Positions 49,353 to 64,000 of a stretch of 64,000 bases of DNA are shown here, one piece after another (the first letter of the stretch is position 1; each line of letters opens with the position of its first letter). The stretch spans positions 11,904,001-11,968,000 of the forward strand of contig CP075492.1 in assembly GCA_021613535.1 (NCBI GenBank), in the 5' to 3' direction. A program made the position numbers and the translations under genes. The notes beneath the pieces were generated by a model. The model ran no database searches. It was not told the DNA's origin and worked only from the letters and a program-made list of their open reading frames with translations. This DNA is from Adineta vaga. Taxonomy: Eukaryota > Animalia > Rotifera.

Positions 49353-50735
49353 GATGATATGATCACTGGATGCTCTAGAATATAAATAGAGAATAAAGAA
49401 CAATGAACATGTCAATCAATCTCTCATTAACATCGAATGAAGGAATCTTGCAATCTTAACACTCCAGATATCATTATCGACAGTATCTTCTTGAGGATAT
49501 TTCTCTCTTCCTGACTGTCATATCTCTATTATCGTTCTGATGGATAAATCTATGCTTTAGGAAAAAAAAGAAGATCAGTAGATAAACGAGTAATTTTCCT
49601 TCTGCTCGAATACTAATGAATATAGAACCAGAAATCAGAAGTCTTTTCTCAATGAAATGGAAAAAAATCCGATTGTTTCTTCTTTGTTCGTTAAACACAA
49701 GTCTTCGATCTTTGATTTCCTATATTTTTCCTTTCTAGTCAGTTGTGCACATATATACGTTACATTTTGTCTGACATTTGAGTCTTGATATGACGCACAT
49801 ACTGGCATGTTTCATGCTATCATCTTCGTGTTCAGATTAATATATAAGGAGAAGTTCAGTTGATTGATTATTGTATCAAACAAAACACGATACTATATAC
49901 ATAATTCAGTAACAGTTATAGTTTGTAAAAAGTCAAAAGAAATACAAGATCATATTAGTTTTCTTCTCTCCATTATAGATATATAGATCAAGAAATAAAG
50001 TCGCCAACGAGATTATGGTGAAATATAACAGAAGTCAAATATGCGTGTTCTTTCATTGATGTGTTCTATTCGCGTGTCATACTACGATTCTCGTGTGTCA
50101 GTATTGATATATTGTACTATACTACTAATAAGAAATCATTATTGACTGAAAATATATGTTAATGAAGTTCTTCATTTACTTCTATACATGCAAGAAAATG
50201 AATCAGATTTCACTTACAAACGGAAAATATTTTGTTTTCCATATGAATGTTAATCATTTTTGTTTTGTAATTCAATCTGTACAAGATGTGATGTTCTTTA
50301 TTTTGTTTAAACAGAAACAAAGTCCTTACTTGAATATTACGTCGCTCCTACATAGATACTTTAATACACTTGCAATAAAGCACACTCTGTAATTGTGTAT
50401 ACAGACTGAAGAAGAAGAAGAAGAAGATGATAATCAATGTATATGACAAGACGTTGGATAACGACATCTATTTTCACGTTTGAAAAGTTAATTTATTGAT
50501 TCTGGCGAGTATTCCTGAATATAAAAGTAAAATTAAATCTTTATATATTTTATTTGAATTTGAGTTTTATTATTTATTAATCAAACATTTTCTGAGAGTC
50601 CCTTTATTTCTCAAGATGGTAACTGTACAGTTTTCGTCTTATCATTATTATTGTTTTTGTTTTCTTCTCTTCTCTTCTCTCGTCTCGTGTCTATAATCAA
50701 TCAAAAATGTTCTATCTATTTTAGATTAAAACTTA

Positions 50736-51432
<697 letters not shown>

Positions 51433-52314
51433 TGAATCAATTTTTCTCTTTCATCTATCTCAATGTGTGAACTAACTAGTCGCAAACAAAAACACTAATA
51501 TCTTGTTAAACTAGTCGTGTGCAAGTGTTTTTTTCTCAGAACAAAAGAACAACACAAAAAAAAGAAACTAAAGACATCTAATTTTTTTGGGCTTTTTTTT
51601 CTTTTCTACTCATTATATTACTATTACACTTAACCCTTTTTCTTTCCTATTCGATTAATGTATATTTCATTCTTATCATGATTATTTCAATATTCTGTTC
51701 TGCTGTTGCTTATTTGGTCAAGAGTTTAAAAATGAGTGTGCGTTTTTGTATAATAAGTTCAACCCTTTGGTTTTTTTTAACAATAAAGGCAAACACACAT
51801 ATTTGAATGAAGAAAATGAATTTTCCATCACATATTTAACCTTAATTTCATTCGATTTTCTTGTCATGATTTATGAAAATCTATAACTTCGAAAAATATC
51901 ATCAACAAAGCACATCTGCTTCCACGATGATTGATTAATGATCTATTACTTCGTTTGTTGATGTCAAGAGAACTTGTCAGAAAAGAACATTGTACCTCTG
52001 TGACAAGTTTAACGGTCGATACGACCATTATATTAACAAATCTTTTTATAGACTTGAACGGCAAGTGTTAAATGTCCAAATAATCTTATACTTCTTAAAG
52101 ACTTAATAAAATAATTAATTTGTCTATTTTTATAATGTTATACAAAGCCTATAAGTGTAATTTTTTTAATCAAAATATTACTAAATTTTCCGAACAGATC
52201 ATCATCGAATATGATAGACAAAAAAACTAATTTTCAAAACTTGATCTCCATTCAGTTTCATGCTATCAATATTGATAATCGTTTCGCAACAGACCATATT
52301 ATCATAATTAATAG

Positions 52315-52466
52315 AATATGCTTGAGTCATGGTCATGGTCACATCGATTACAGTCATGACCATGACTAAACAATATTGATTACGCTAATCTCCAGTTCAT
52401 AAACAGATCAAATAAAACTTGACTTTCGAAAGATATACATCCATCCTGAAATGATATCTTTCGAAA
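52315..52466. repeat. Two adjacent 13-bp perfect inverted repeats (hairpins)
   Basis: AGTCATGGTCATG (52325-37) pairs with CATGACCATGACT (52355-67); TTTCGAAAGATAT (52424-36) pairs with ATATCTTTCGAAA (52454-66). Confidence 0.8.
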
Positions 52467-53225
52467 AACTCTATAGAATAGAATTGATGTCACTAAATGT
52501 TAAGAATTCTCTTTATTACTGAATAAAGTGTAAAAGAATGAATTGCTCGGTTTAATTATCTTAACAAGTACATAATGTACTACAATTAATTATAATTTAT
52601 CAATGATGATTAAAGTTTTCTTCATTCTAAACAATCTCAAATGATTGTGTAGATTCTAATGATGAACGCTTTTCGAATGTTCTCTGCAGATAAAAGAAAA
52701 CGTTGTGTGTGTTGTCTTATTATTTCCGAGTAATAACGATGATTGCTAATTATTAATCTTAATTGATTTATGGGAAAATAAATTTTGATAAAATTTATCT
52801 TGCTTCAAGCAATGATTTCTATATATATCCGTTTCATATTTTTGATTAGTATGTTTTTCGAAAAATATTGTGATTATCTTCAAGCTAGAAATCTAATTAA
52901 TTTATCAAATCTCTTATCTGATAAAAGAAAAAAAAATACCAAAATGTGGATAATTTATGCTGATGTTTTTCATCAGATCCTTTGGAGTTATGTTACTATG
53001 ACTGAAATGTGAGATCTTATTTCTTAGTACCATAATTTCGGTTGACTGGAACAAAATAGTCTGATGTACTTTAGTCGATGATCTTTCTATTATTGGTCAT
53101 TCGTTTCGAAGTGTATCATCTGTTCTATTAGGATATTTATTTCTTATTGATATCATGTTTCACAAAATTGGCCATTCTTTTAAGCGGCAAAGTTAATTAT
53201 AGTTGTCCTTTCTTTATTGTACCCA

Positions 53226-53660
53226 ATGTTTAACGTAGTTGTTTTCTTATCTATGATTCAGTACAGTTTAACATTGAGATGTTATGATTGTTTGAATTGT
53301 CCATATCCATGGTCAAGTTATGGTATACAGACGTATGGATCTTTTGTTGGTGTTTTTTCACGTGTTCAATCTTGTTATGTAAGGTTACTTGTGGAACAAA
53401 ATGAAGATAATCGGAATAGTTTTGTTTAGAAAAAAGAATTTTATAATGCAATTGATCGACAACTTGATCGAGTTGTGCGTGGTGGCCTTGATCGAGAATG
53501 TCACGCAGGAAAAATTGAAACCATTGAAGAAAGATCTATCACTTATTGTTGTTATTCAAGTTATTGTAATGATACACAAAGAAAAGCTCATATAATTCAA
53601 AAACTCATTACTTTTTTAGTTACGCTTTTGTTTTTCCATAAGAGAATAAATAGAAATTGA
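53226..53660 (+). CDS. Ly6/uPAR three-finger (Quiver-like) protein, probably GPI-anchored (2 exons)
   Basis: Signal peptide, LRCYDC..C, SCY|KK, CCYSSYCN terminal motif and hydrophobic tail; intron ~53379-53429. Confidence 0.8.
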
Positions 53661-54747
53661 AGTCATGAAACTGTCACGACAACAGATAAGATTATTATTA
53701 ATAAGGAAAAAAAAGGGAAGATCATCAAGTATCTACGTCATTGACTGTCAAAAGAATTTGATTTTTGACATTTTATACATTTGAAAACCTCCGTTTACAA
53801 TAAACTGTCGTATAATCAGTTAACTTTTGAAATCAGAAATAATGATACACGCATTTTGTACTTTTTGTAAAGAGGGAATTCTTTCTTTGACAAAAACTAT
53901 TCATCTATTCTATCATGTTTTCAAGTAAAGAATAATAGAATATAATAAATATTTGAATAACTATTAGTATAGAGAAAGAGAAAATTACAGTAACGATTCA
54001 TACAGCTCTTTTGATATTAAAATAACATAATTGAAATATGAAAACATATTGAAGAGAAAATCGACTTTATAGATCAGTGTAATAACTGTGAACGTAAGAA
54101 GGATTTATTTTGTCGTCTTTAGTTTCGGTGCAGGACAAAATATTCATCTATTTATTGTTTTTTTTAATATTCTTCGCTAATAAGAAAACGTTGAGCGTGT
54201 TTATGTGGAAACCAAATGTTTGATTAGAGTACATTCGTTATGATTGCCTTTAGCATTCAATACTAAAGACAGTATTTATTAGAAGCTGTTAGGTATTCTT
54301 TGTATTACGTCGGAACAAATGTTTTTGTTGATTCTAGTTTTATTTGTAAGAGAAGAAAAAAAAGATAGAAAACGTTTCTCTTCACTCATTGTTTATCTGT
54401 ATATAATTCAATATAGATGACTAGTGATCATATTGTTCTCATATTCGTTTTGATCATTCCGATAATCAATTAAATTATGTAAATTTGTATATGTTCGAAT
54501 AGTTTTGTTTTTACTATACGATGTGAAGAAATTTGTTTGTTGTCAGAAGGGAAAAGAGAGAGAGAGAGAGAAAGGAGGATGACAAGTGCTGAAAGGAAAG
54601 AAATATTCTATAAAATTAGAGCAAAAAAAGAGATAGAGAGAAGAAAAAAAACTAATGATATTAATTTTCTTGTCAAAAGTAGTTTCTATTCTCATTTCAG
54701 AAAATACACATCTATATATTATTAACTATCAAACAAAATTTACAATA

Positions 54748-56086
54748 ATGAATGAAACAAAGTTTTTTTTTGCAAATCAATCATCAACTTGTACTAGTAA
54801 TCCATTTATTAGCTATCTACAATTGTTTTACATTCCTTGTCTGGCTATTCTTGGTATATGTGGAAATATCATCTGTGCAATTGTTTTTTCTACAAAGTCA
54901 TTAAGGTAAAATTTGGCGAATTAATTTTACTTACAAAACTATTTGATTTGTTTTTAGACGCCTTCGTTCATCATCGTTTCTATTTTTGTTAGCAGTAAGT
55001 GATGTTTTCTTTCTAATGGATCTTATACCCGGATGGATAAACACAGCTTTTGTTCGATCATTGTATCATGGTGCAAATTTAATCTGTAAGATTCAAACTT
55101 ATGTTTCATTTGTCGCGTCATTTGTTCATATATGGATGGTGCTTGCTTTTACAGCTGAACGCTTTGTCGCCGTTAATTTTCCTTTACGTCATATGTCCCA
55201 ATGGACACCTCGATTTTCTCGAACGATTATTTTAATTATAATAACACCTGCAATAATCTTCTATATCTACCCATCATTTTTTGCATCGGAAGTTGATAAA
55301 GATGGACTATGTCGTGAGAAAGAAAGTCATGTTCGTTATCTAACTCATATAAATACAATTGATACGATTATGACAATGTTTTTACCATTTATTCTTGTTT
55401 CAATCTTAAATATATCAATTATTCGAAAATTATTCTGTTCAAATACATTTCGAAAACATGTCTTTGATAATGGTTCAACGTATCAATGTCGTCGAACATC
55501 AAATTGGACATCAGATCATACGTGTACATTAAAACGAACAGAAAAATCCGCATCAACTACACGGAAAAAACAGCCACAACAACAACGAAATGATTCAACT
55601 CGTCGACATATTTTAACGGAATTACGCTTGACAAAAATGCTCTTAGCTATATCATTAACATGTCTTTCATTTAATTTCCCTTCATATTATTTACGTCTCG
55701 TTAGTTTTTATGAACAAACAAATGAAAATTTAACAGTCGATGATCATTATACAGCTTTTGCACTTTGTCGAGATATTCTATTACATTATATGTCCTATTT
55801 AAGTTATTCGATGAATATTTTTATATACATTCTCTTTGGAGCAAACTTTCGTCGAGCATTAAAACGAGTTTTTACCACAAATAAAAAACTCAATTCAAAA
55901 TTAAAGAATTTAAAATCATTTAATCATGATAATGATACATATTCTTTGGATTATTCAGTTGGAGAAACAACTCCGTCATTGAATGGTTCCATACGTGGTT
56001 ATTCTAAATCTCCTAAACTACGAGAGCACTTCATTGTTCATCGAGACTTATTGAAAAAACAACCTCCTCTACAAACAATACAATAG
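54748..56086 (+). CDS. Rhodopsin-family (class A) GPCR, probably peptide-binding (2 exons)
   Basis: N-glycosylation sequons at the N-terminus, TM1 GICGN, TM2 LAVSD, TM3 CK..FTAERF..V.FPL, TM5 LPF..LN, TM6 FNFP, TM7 SMNIFIY. Confidence 0.92.
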
Positions 56087-57425
56087 AAAAGAACCCTTTT
56101 TTTTCTCAAGTACAAAGAGCTTAAAAAGAATTGATGTGACGTCAATACTGATTGTACTTTGAACGAGTTCATCAACAATTTTTCTAACTACTTTGAACAG
56201 ATTTTCGATGAAGAAGAGTTTTGAATAAATATAAATCGATATAAGAGAATCATTTATTATCACTACAACGAACATATATCTTCTGAATGATATAAACAAA
56301 AAAATTGTTCTGACAAAGAAGAATTGTTTATTTATAAGTAGAAGAAGAAGAAGAAATCTGCTTCCCGTAATTCATTCTAACTTGATTTTCTTTTCGTATT
56401 CCATTGGACAGAAACCGAACTTAAAGCATGAGGTAGTTCAATTAGTAATTCCATCAATGTTCATTTAAAGAATTTCTTTATTCATGGTAATTGATTTTGT
56501 TCTATTATTTATTAGAATTTTAATTAAAAAAATATCCTATTCTCATCCATGAGTCATCTTTGGCATTGACTATTGCAATGTTTCTCGAACAAAGTACAAA
56601 ACAAGGGTTGAATAGAAACAAATTTATATTTAATAAGAAGCGAAAGAGAACCTTTCATTCATCTTGATATCAATAATTCAATGAGTAAAATAAAATACTT
56701 CTTCACTCTCAATTCTCTTCATTATCTATTTGTGCTCGTATTAAATGGAAAATAGGTTATTTGGTTTATATATATGTATATATATATTTATTTATTAGAT
56801 TGAAAATTGACGGATAGAAGAAGAGAATTGGATATGAACGGAAATCAATTATGATATGCAATATGACCTATTTTAAAAATAAGGATTCACACTACGACTT
56901 CAATCATTTTTGTTTTGATTAACATCAATCAAATATACCTGATACGATCAACTTTGATTAACTTTCATGCGAAGAAAAAACGCCTATCTAGATGACGCTA
57001 AAATCTCTGTGATATAACAGCAGCGACATATTTCTGTAAAGGTATTTCTTTCCAATAAAAAAATTCATCGTTTTATTGAAGGAAACAAAAATATGTTTAA
57101 GTCTATTTATGAGTATTTAGTTAAGTATTCATATCTATTTATCGACAAGTGTTAAAATGGATGTTAATATAATCCAATGAAAATGATAAAAAATGAGTGA
57201 CTGATGATGCCTTGTCAATTCTTCGTCTTTTCATCATCATTATCATTTGATATAGCGAACATATTTTTCTCTGTTTATTTATTCGATATTTGTTTTTTCT
57301 TGAAAAGAAATATTAATTGAATGAAATAGCTTCATTTCTTTTTTTTTTCTTATATGGTATCGAAATCAAATATTTTCTTCTGTTTAGATGAAGACATTTT
57401 CTTTTAGTTATGACTAACAATTTCA

Positions 57426-60400
57426 ATGGAACACGAACGGTAAAAGACTCATATTGTCTAATTTATATATATATATATATACTCATTTGTAATTACATTT
57501 CTCCATGTTGTTTGTGTCTAGTCTTTTTTCGTATTTGATTGATCCCGATTTACCTAATGGTTTGTGTTAAATATTTGAGAGTAAAAAATCTTGTCATTCA
57601 ATAATTATCAATTTTAGGACTTGAACAGAAAAATGTCATTATTCAAAGAGATCGATATGGTTATGGATTGACAGTATCTGGTGATAATCCTGTATATGTA
57701 TTGAGTGTACGTGATGGTGGTGCTGCACATCGAGCTGGAGTTAATGTGAACGATCAGATAGTAAAGGTAAAATCTCGAATTCCAATGAAATCTATTGCGT
57801 TGTTGTTGTTTTTTTTCGAACGATATTTTCTTGTTTTGTTTTTTTACGTATGAATCATTTTACTTAGTCATTTCATAATAGTAATACGAATAGAGTTGGA
57901 TATTATATGTTGATTAATAAAAAATCAGTTAGAATAAAAGACAAATAGACGTTTTTGTTTATTTCCTGTTGTCATTAGGTAAGATTCATTGGAATTGTTT
58001 TGTTGGCAGCATAAACAAAAACTGATTAATGGCCTTGGAAAATAGATAGACGAGTATATTTTTCTTCGTAAACTTCGTTATTTTTTCCCTCGTACAAATT
58101 GTTCTGAGTGAATACACCTGTTTTTTTTCTCTTCTTCTATCCATGACAAATTTTGTACGATCATAAAGTTTGAAAATTTTTTCATTATTATACTGCATCG
58201 TGTTGAAAGTCATAATCACTGATTTGAGATTATCAATAGTCAAGATATATATATACATAGCTGATTTAGTGTTGATGACAAGTTTATTTCTCTATTGATT
58301 TCTTTTCAGGTCAACGGCACGCGTGTAACCCATTGTACACATGCTGATGTAGTCAATCTAATCAAATGTAAGTTTGTTTTTTTTTATTCTCGAATTAATT
58401 AGTAACGAGTTGATAAGTTGAAGAGATCAATTTTCTTGTCTATATTCGAGCATTCTAATCTATGAATGTTCAAATAAACAAAGAAGAAAGATGCTTGATC
58501 AGTTGGTGGCCAACTAATATATTTGTCTTAACTGATTTCGCAATATGTTGATAAACATCATATTATCTCATTCCATATGGATTGTTTATTTTTTTCTTTG
58601 ACCTTGATTGATCATATGTTGTGGATGTACGTGATTAAAAAGACTTTTCGAGTCATTAATTAATTACATATCTTTCAACAACTTTCATGTAATCTCTATT
58701 GAATGTTTTCTTATTCGTTTACTTCATCCGAACAAACTAAATTCAAGGAATGTATTCGACAAAGATATGAAAGATCAAATTTCCTTGATTGATTCTTTTC
58801 GCTCTAATTATTCGTAATCTTAATCTTCGATAGACAAACTACTGAAAAAAAAAAGAAATCAGTCTTTCTTCTATATAGAAGATACATCGAGATATATATG
58901 TATGTACGCATAATACAATCGAAGAAAATTCTCCTATTACTTTGTTTGTATATATCGACTGAAAAGGAGAGATAGCTGATGCTATATTTCTTTCTTCATT
59001 CTCGTTTTGTCGGCGTCATTACGGACAATTTCTTTTGTTAGAGACAAAGGCCATATGCTCCAGCTATGTTTTTGTGTATTAAGAATTAACAATTTATCAT
59101 TCTGAAAATAACATACTAGTCGATTGTGTCAATAAGAAGAAGTTATCTTCGAACGGAATGATATCATTATATTGAACATCATTCTTCCGTTTGAGTCGCT
59201 TTTTAATCAAGCAATTGATTGTGAATCATTTGCATTGATAATCTTTTAGATTTTCGTCAAGAGACTAAGAAAAAGAAACGATATGTCCTCTTCGATATCG
59301 GTACGTATCCCAGATTGTAAATTAGGCACTGTTCGTGTCGATCGAACAGTCGATATTTATCCGATTTCGATAATACGTGATGAACCTATCTTCCATGCAC
59401 AATCTTGTGTACCACAATTGGTATTACAACAACAATTATCAACAGTCCCAAGTGAATTCTTCATTGAAACTCCTACAGAAGAACGTGAATATATTCCTAA
59501 AACGAAATGGAATTATCAAAGTCGTTCTGAAAATGAAGATGAATCTGATATTGCAGTTATCTATTCGCTTATACGATGTGCAACAACACGTCGAACATCC
59601 ATACCATACTTATCTGTTTTACCATTAACAACAAATGTGAACATTCCTCGACCGTGCATAGCTCGCACATATAGTTTAGAACCATCATTAACTCCAATTG
59701 TAACACATATATCAAAACAAGCTCAAATAAAAACATTAACATCGACACGTACAATAACAACAATAACAACACCATCAACAACTGTTACTCGACTATCACC
59801 ACCAACGCGTATTCAAACTTCAACTTCATTTACATCACATGATCGACCATCAGCGCCGTTAATTGCTGTTAAACCTCGACCATATTCCTTTAGAAGTTCA
59901 GGACGTAATGTGATTGAACGACAAATTTCTCATATAACAGAACGTGTTTCACAATTACATGAGAATTTTATTTCTCGTCTGTCAATCGCGCATCCACCAC
60001 GTCAACCACGAAATCGTTCTCTATCAACTTTCTATCCACCATTAACTACTTCGAATCTAGATGATTCGACTCAATTAGATAATCGTTTAATAAGACCGCG
60101 ACCGAAATCTGAAACTTATGAGGATCATCATCGTGTTCAGACAGGTAAAATATCATTATCATATGAACAATACATCTGCATATAACAAATGATTTATCGA
60201 GATGCCGAGAAGACAAAATTGACACTAGGAGACATATTTGAAGTCTCATCTATATGCTCTCAACGAGTATGTTTCCATCTTTGTCTACCATGTTGACATT
60301 TAAGACATTAATTTTTCCGTTTCGCTGTCATTCTTTCGTCTATTATCGTTAGTATGTTGATGGATGTAGAGAGAAGAGGAGAGTTCCGCGATATACATTA

Positions 60401-63400
60401 GATATTCATTAATCTTTGCCATTTTGACTATTCCTTTTTATGAAAAGAGAAGAGAAAAAGAACTATAGTTATACATATATATATATATATATCTTTATTT
60501 TATTTAGCTGGTTCCTATGCTCAATTAACTCTTCTTGGTCAACCAAAACAAAATTCACAATTTCAAACACAAAAATCCGTTACATCTGATACGCAAAATG
60601 GCCGAGTACAATATCGTACACAAATGTCTACCCCTGAACGTCCAACAAGTACGATTCATTCAAATCCAACATCAATGTTATTCGAAGGAAAAAAAGCACG
60701 TGAAGCTTATGAAAAAATCTTCAAACTATTTGAAGTATGAATCGATTGGTATCTTTCAACTATATAACTTCTTTTTAAATTTTTAAGAATGCAAAAAAAG
60801 AACTTGATCGACAACGAGCTAAAGGTCTCAATCATAATCCTGCACGAGTAGGTCAACTTGAAAATCAATTACGACAATTTGAACAACAATTAAATGAAAT
60901 AAAACGTCGTTTAGAATTCATTGAAGTAATATCATATTCTTATTTTTCTTTCTATCGTAATCTCTTATTATTCTTGTTAAATTAGCCAATTTCTGATTCT
61001 TCACAAAATAAACATGAAGATAATCAAGTCAATCGATCGAATACATTCATTGAATCATCATTAGCAAATCGATCCAACACTGTAAGTAAAGAATGATGAT
61101 GTCCATTCTTTTTCTCGTGTATCTCTGAACGATATTTTGATCCTCGTTTATCCCGACGTATATTTCTCTAGCTCTCTCATGGCATAAGTGGTCACAAGAA
61201 ACAGAATTCATTACCTGAATCTGCAGTCTCGCAAATCATAGCAGGAGGTCCATTATCAACTAATGTGAATTCATCATTATATCATTTTAAACGTAAATTT
61301 CAAAGCGGAAAAACTGAGGCATATGATCTTGTTAAGGTAAAACTAGATCAATTCTTTTCATTTGATCTTCTTGCTTTCTTACTTCGTATAATGCTTCACA
61401 TACTTTATGCTCTTTTTGCTAATAAAATCGTTAATTAAATAATTTCTCGGAATATTTTAACTTTATAATCTTTTCTATTTAGAATACGGATTCATTGAAT
61501 AATATTCCAACTGAAGAAATATTTAAATTTCGTGTAAGTATCACATTTATTAATTCATTTGACGTCGACAAGGATTGAAATACACCTATTTTTGAGGAGA
61601 GTATCAATTATTTCCATTAATTGATGTATTTTTTTAATACAATGATGTTCTTCGTTTTCTGTATATCATTAATGCTAGCGAATAAGGACATGGAGATAAA
61701 GGTCAACATATACTAAACATGTGCGTAGATAAAATCGACAATAATAATAAAGACTGGAAGGAAAACAAAACATGTCAATATAATTAGAATAAATTTCGTT
61801 TGTTTCTAGGAATCTAATGAAAATGATGAGGAAAATGTTCATCCCATTTCATCCAATGCTCAAACAATATCATCATTTGATGATATTCAACAATTGATAA
61901 ACACATCTAATTGGATCCCATTAACTATTTTTATGAATTTTTTACTTACTGATACGAACAATGATCCAAGTCATTTGGTAGGATGCTTTTCTATCTTTTT
62001 TTGTTCGGAAATAAAAAAAGAAACAATTCTTTTGATTCTATTTAGTTATTTTATATTTTAACGGAAGAATTTCGTTTGAAAAAAGTAGAAAATCGAAGTG
62101 AATTAATTCGATGGATATTTGAACTTCATTCAACATTTACAATGTATAGTAGTGTAAGGGAAACATTCATCGATTTATTTCTATTCGATTCAAAGTTTTT
62201 CTTCTTTCATATAGCCTCTATACATTGGCCTTCCTCCTTCACAAACGGATGCTATAAGTCGCTGGTTAGATATTCATCAACACGATGCAAATGAAGATAT
62301 GAAATTAATCTTTAATGATGCTAAAGATTATGCAAAATCTGTTATAACTGATCGACAAATACCAGAGTTTAATCAAAAACGAACTTTAACTATCAATAAT
62401 GATTTCATATTAAAACAAAATCATTTTATTGAAGAAAGTTTACGAGCAATATTTGAATATCATTATAAATCGATCTCAGCAGATGATTGGAATAGTCCGA
62501 AGAATAATCGAAGTTTAGCATTATTATGTTCATTAGCAACATATTTCAAACGTTGTGATATAAAGAAATGTGGAAACATTCCATTAGAAAAAATTCCGAA
62601 ATTTCTCGATAGAGAACCAAAACGTCTTCTAGCAAAATTACAACGAGCAACACCAATAAAAAAGGTAATGAATCGACAAGAAAAATTCTTAATTCATCGA
62701 TTTGCATCTTTAGATCAAAGAACATCAATTTAATGAACATCAATTTACCAGTGAAATTCTATGTCAATTTTGTTATAAACCATTATGGGGAATCAATTGT
62801 CAAGGATATCTCTGTGGATGTAAGGAAAATGTGAATAAAAATTTCAGATTTAGAATGTTTTTTTTTTGTGTTTTAGATTGTCAACAAGCTTATCATCGTG
62901 AATGTGCATTGAACAGTGAAAAATGTTCGAAAGATCGTACGAAATTTCGTAAAGTATCAAGTAATCGAAATGCTTCAAGTAAGTAAATGATTTCCTTTAC
63001 CAGTTTGTTATTATTGGATTCCTTCTGGGTTCGAGAACTATGAGCGTATAATGTTTATTTTACATAGTTCATAGTTGCGTATTCCTTTTTTTCCAAATTT
63101 CTAATCTTAAGAAATGAATCTTTTTCACATTATCTTCGCTCGCAGGATCAGTTTCAGTAGACAATGTAACACATTGTTACTTCGTTTTTCCTGCTACATC
63201 CTCACAACAACTCGTTTTTGGACGACGTTCAGTTGGTGGAAGTAGTACACTGTTCAATGGTATAATGATGAATTCTACTGGTATTTTATCTGTTGTATAA
63301 ATAGCATTTCTTGTTGCCTTTCGTTCACTTATTGTATATCTGTCTGAAGTAAAAATTGATAAATATTTTCTGATATCGATTTCATTTTTCTTCTAGGTCC

Positions 63401-64000
63401 AACACGAACTGAAAGTATGATCGAAGGACGGGAAGGTAGTGTCGGTAAGTGACCAAAAATTGTTTGGATTTGTAAAAAAATGATTCTAATTATAGCAAAT
63501 GATGTTAATGAAAATATGCCGGGTTCAACTGAAGGAATTGGTAAGACGAATGAAGATAGTATAAAACAAAATATTATCATTTGATTGATTTTAGATCCGG
63601 ATGGAAATGGATCGGCTAATGAACAGAATAAATATCCAACGTACATCATTTTCTGTTCAATCTCTTATTACGAAAGTTAGATAATATTTTTCTCTTTAAA
63701 TAGAGTGGGACGATGTTCAAGTGATCGTCGAGCAGCGCCAGATCGACCATCTGCAACAAAGAATCGTTCGAGCAGGTAAATATTTCATTATCTATCTTCA
63801 AACTATTTCGTCAATTGGAGTCGAATATCTTTCAGTGAAAGCGACGATAGTAATGATGAGGGGTATCGAATTTTGTTTGAATAATATTATTATAGTTATG
63901 ATTTTCATCCCATCTTTTACCTTTAATGCGCATGATAGCTATTAAGAGCAAAACAGAGATGAGAAAGATAAATTCAACTAATAAAACTTGTCATATCAAT
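57426..64000 (+). CDS. RGS-RhoGEF, RhoGEF2/ARHGEF11-12-like (PDZ, RGS-like, C1); DH-PH expected beyond the window
   Basis: ATG 57426 (MEHER|LFSY..). PDZ GYGLTVSGDNPVYVLSVRDGGAAHRAGV..VNGTRV..HADVVNLIK; RGS-like DPSHL|LFYILT..FELHSTF; C1 HQF..CQFCYKPLWG..QGYLC..C..YHREC. Confidence 0.88.
59283..60144 (+). CDS. Probable alternative first coding exon of the RhoGEF (S/T/P/R-rich, ~287 aa)
   Basis: Long ORF inside the intron that splits the PDZ domain. It ends at phase-1 donor ACA G|GTAAAA (60144), compatible with the phase-1 acceptor at 60507. Confidence 0.65.

Noticed and set aside
62720-62747. GAACATCAATTTA direct repeat with 15-nt period
   Set aside because: A small in-frame coding duplication (EHQFN/EHQFT) at the start of the C1 domain; not a CRISPR array or target-site duplication.

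Overview
AT-rich, gene-dense eukaryotic (animal) genomic DNA with many short GT-AG introns (mostly ~45-70 nt). The style suggests a bdelloid rotifer, but this is an inference. About 21 intact protein-coding genes and one pseudogene can be assembled by hand, in order: Cramped-like SANT protein (partial), secreted amidated-peptide precursor, GH18 chitinase-like protein, bacterial-type RNase T2, ADAMTS-like pseudogene, tetraspanin-like 4TM protein, contactin, myosin III (kinase-myosin), nAChR alpha subunit, MS4A-like 4TM protein, CD225/dispanin, GST-rho-like protein, a disordered orphan, UXT, NDUFAF7, dihydroxyacetone kinase (TKFC), a FLYWCH plus Ski/Dach-like repeat protein, TRAF, GPI-type LRR protein, RhoA, Ly6/three-finger protein, a peptide GPCR and a RhoGEF2/PDZ-RhoGEF (partial). 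I found no tRNA, rRNA, CRISPR array or intact transposon. Main highlights: an operon-like NDUFAF7-TKFC junction (28-nt spacer ending in a splice acceptor directly on the ATG), an intron-bearing bacterial-type RNase T2, a FLYWCH protein with four putative Ski/Dach-like repeats, a hidden amidated peptide, several pseudo-enzyme candidates, and a co-oriented RhoA-GPCR-RhoGEF cluster. Gene models are manual and exon boundaries need RNA-seq confirmation.
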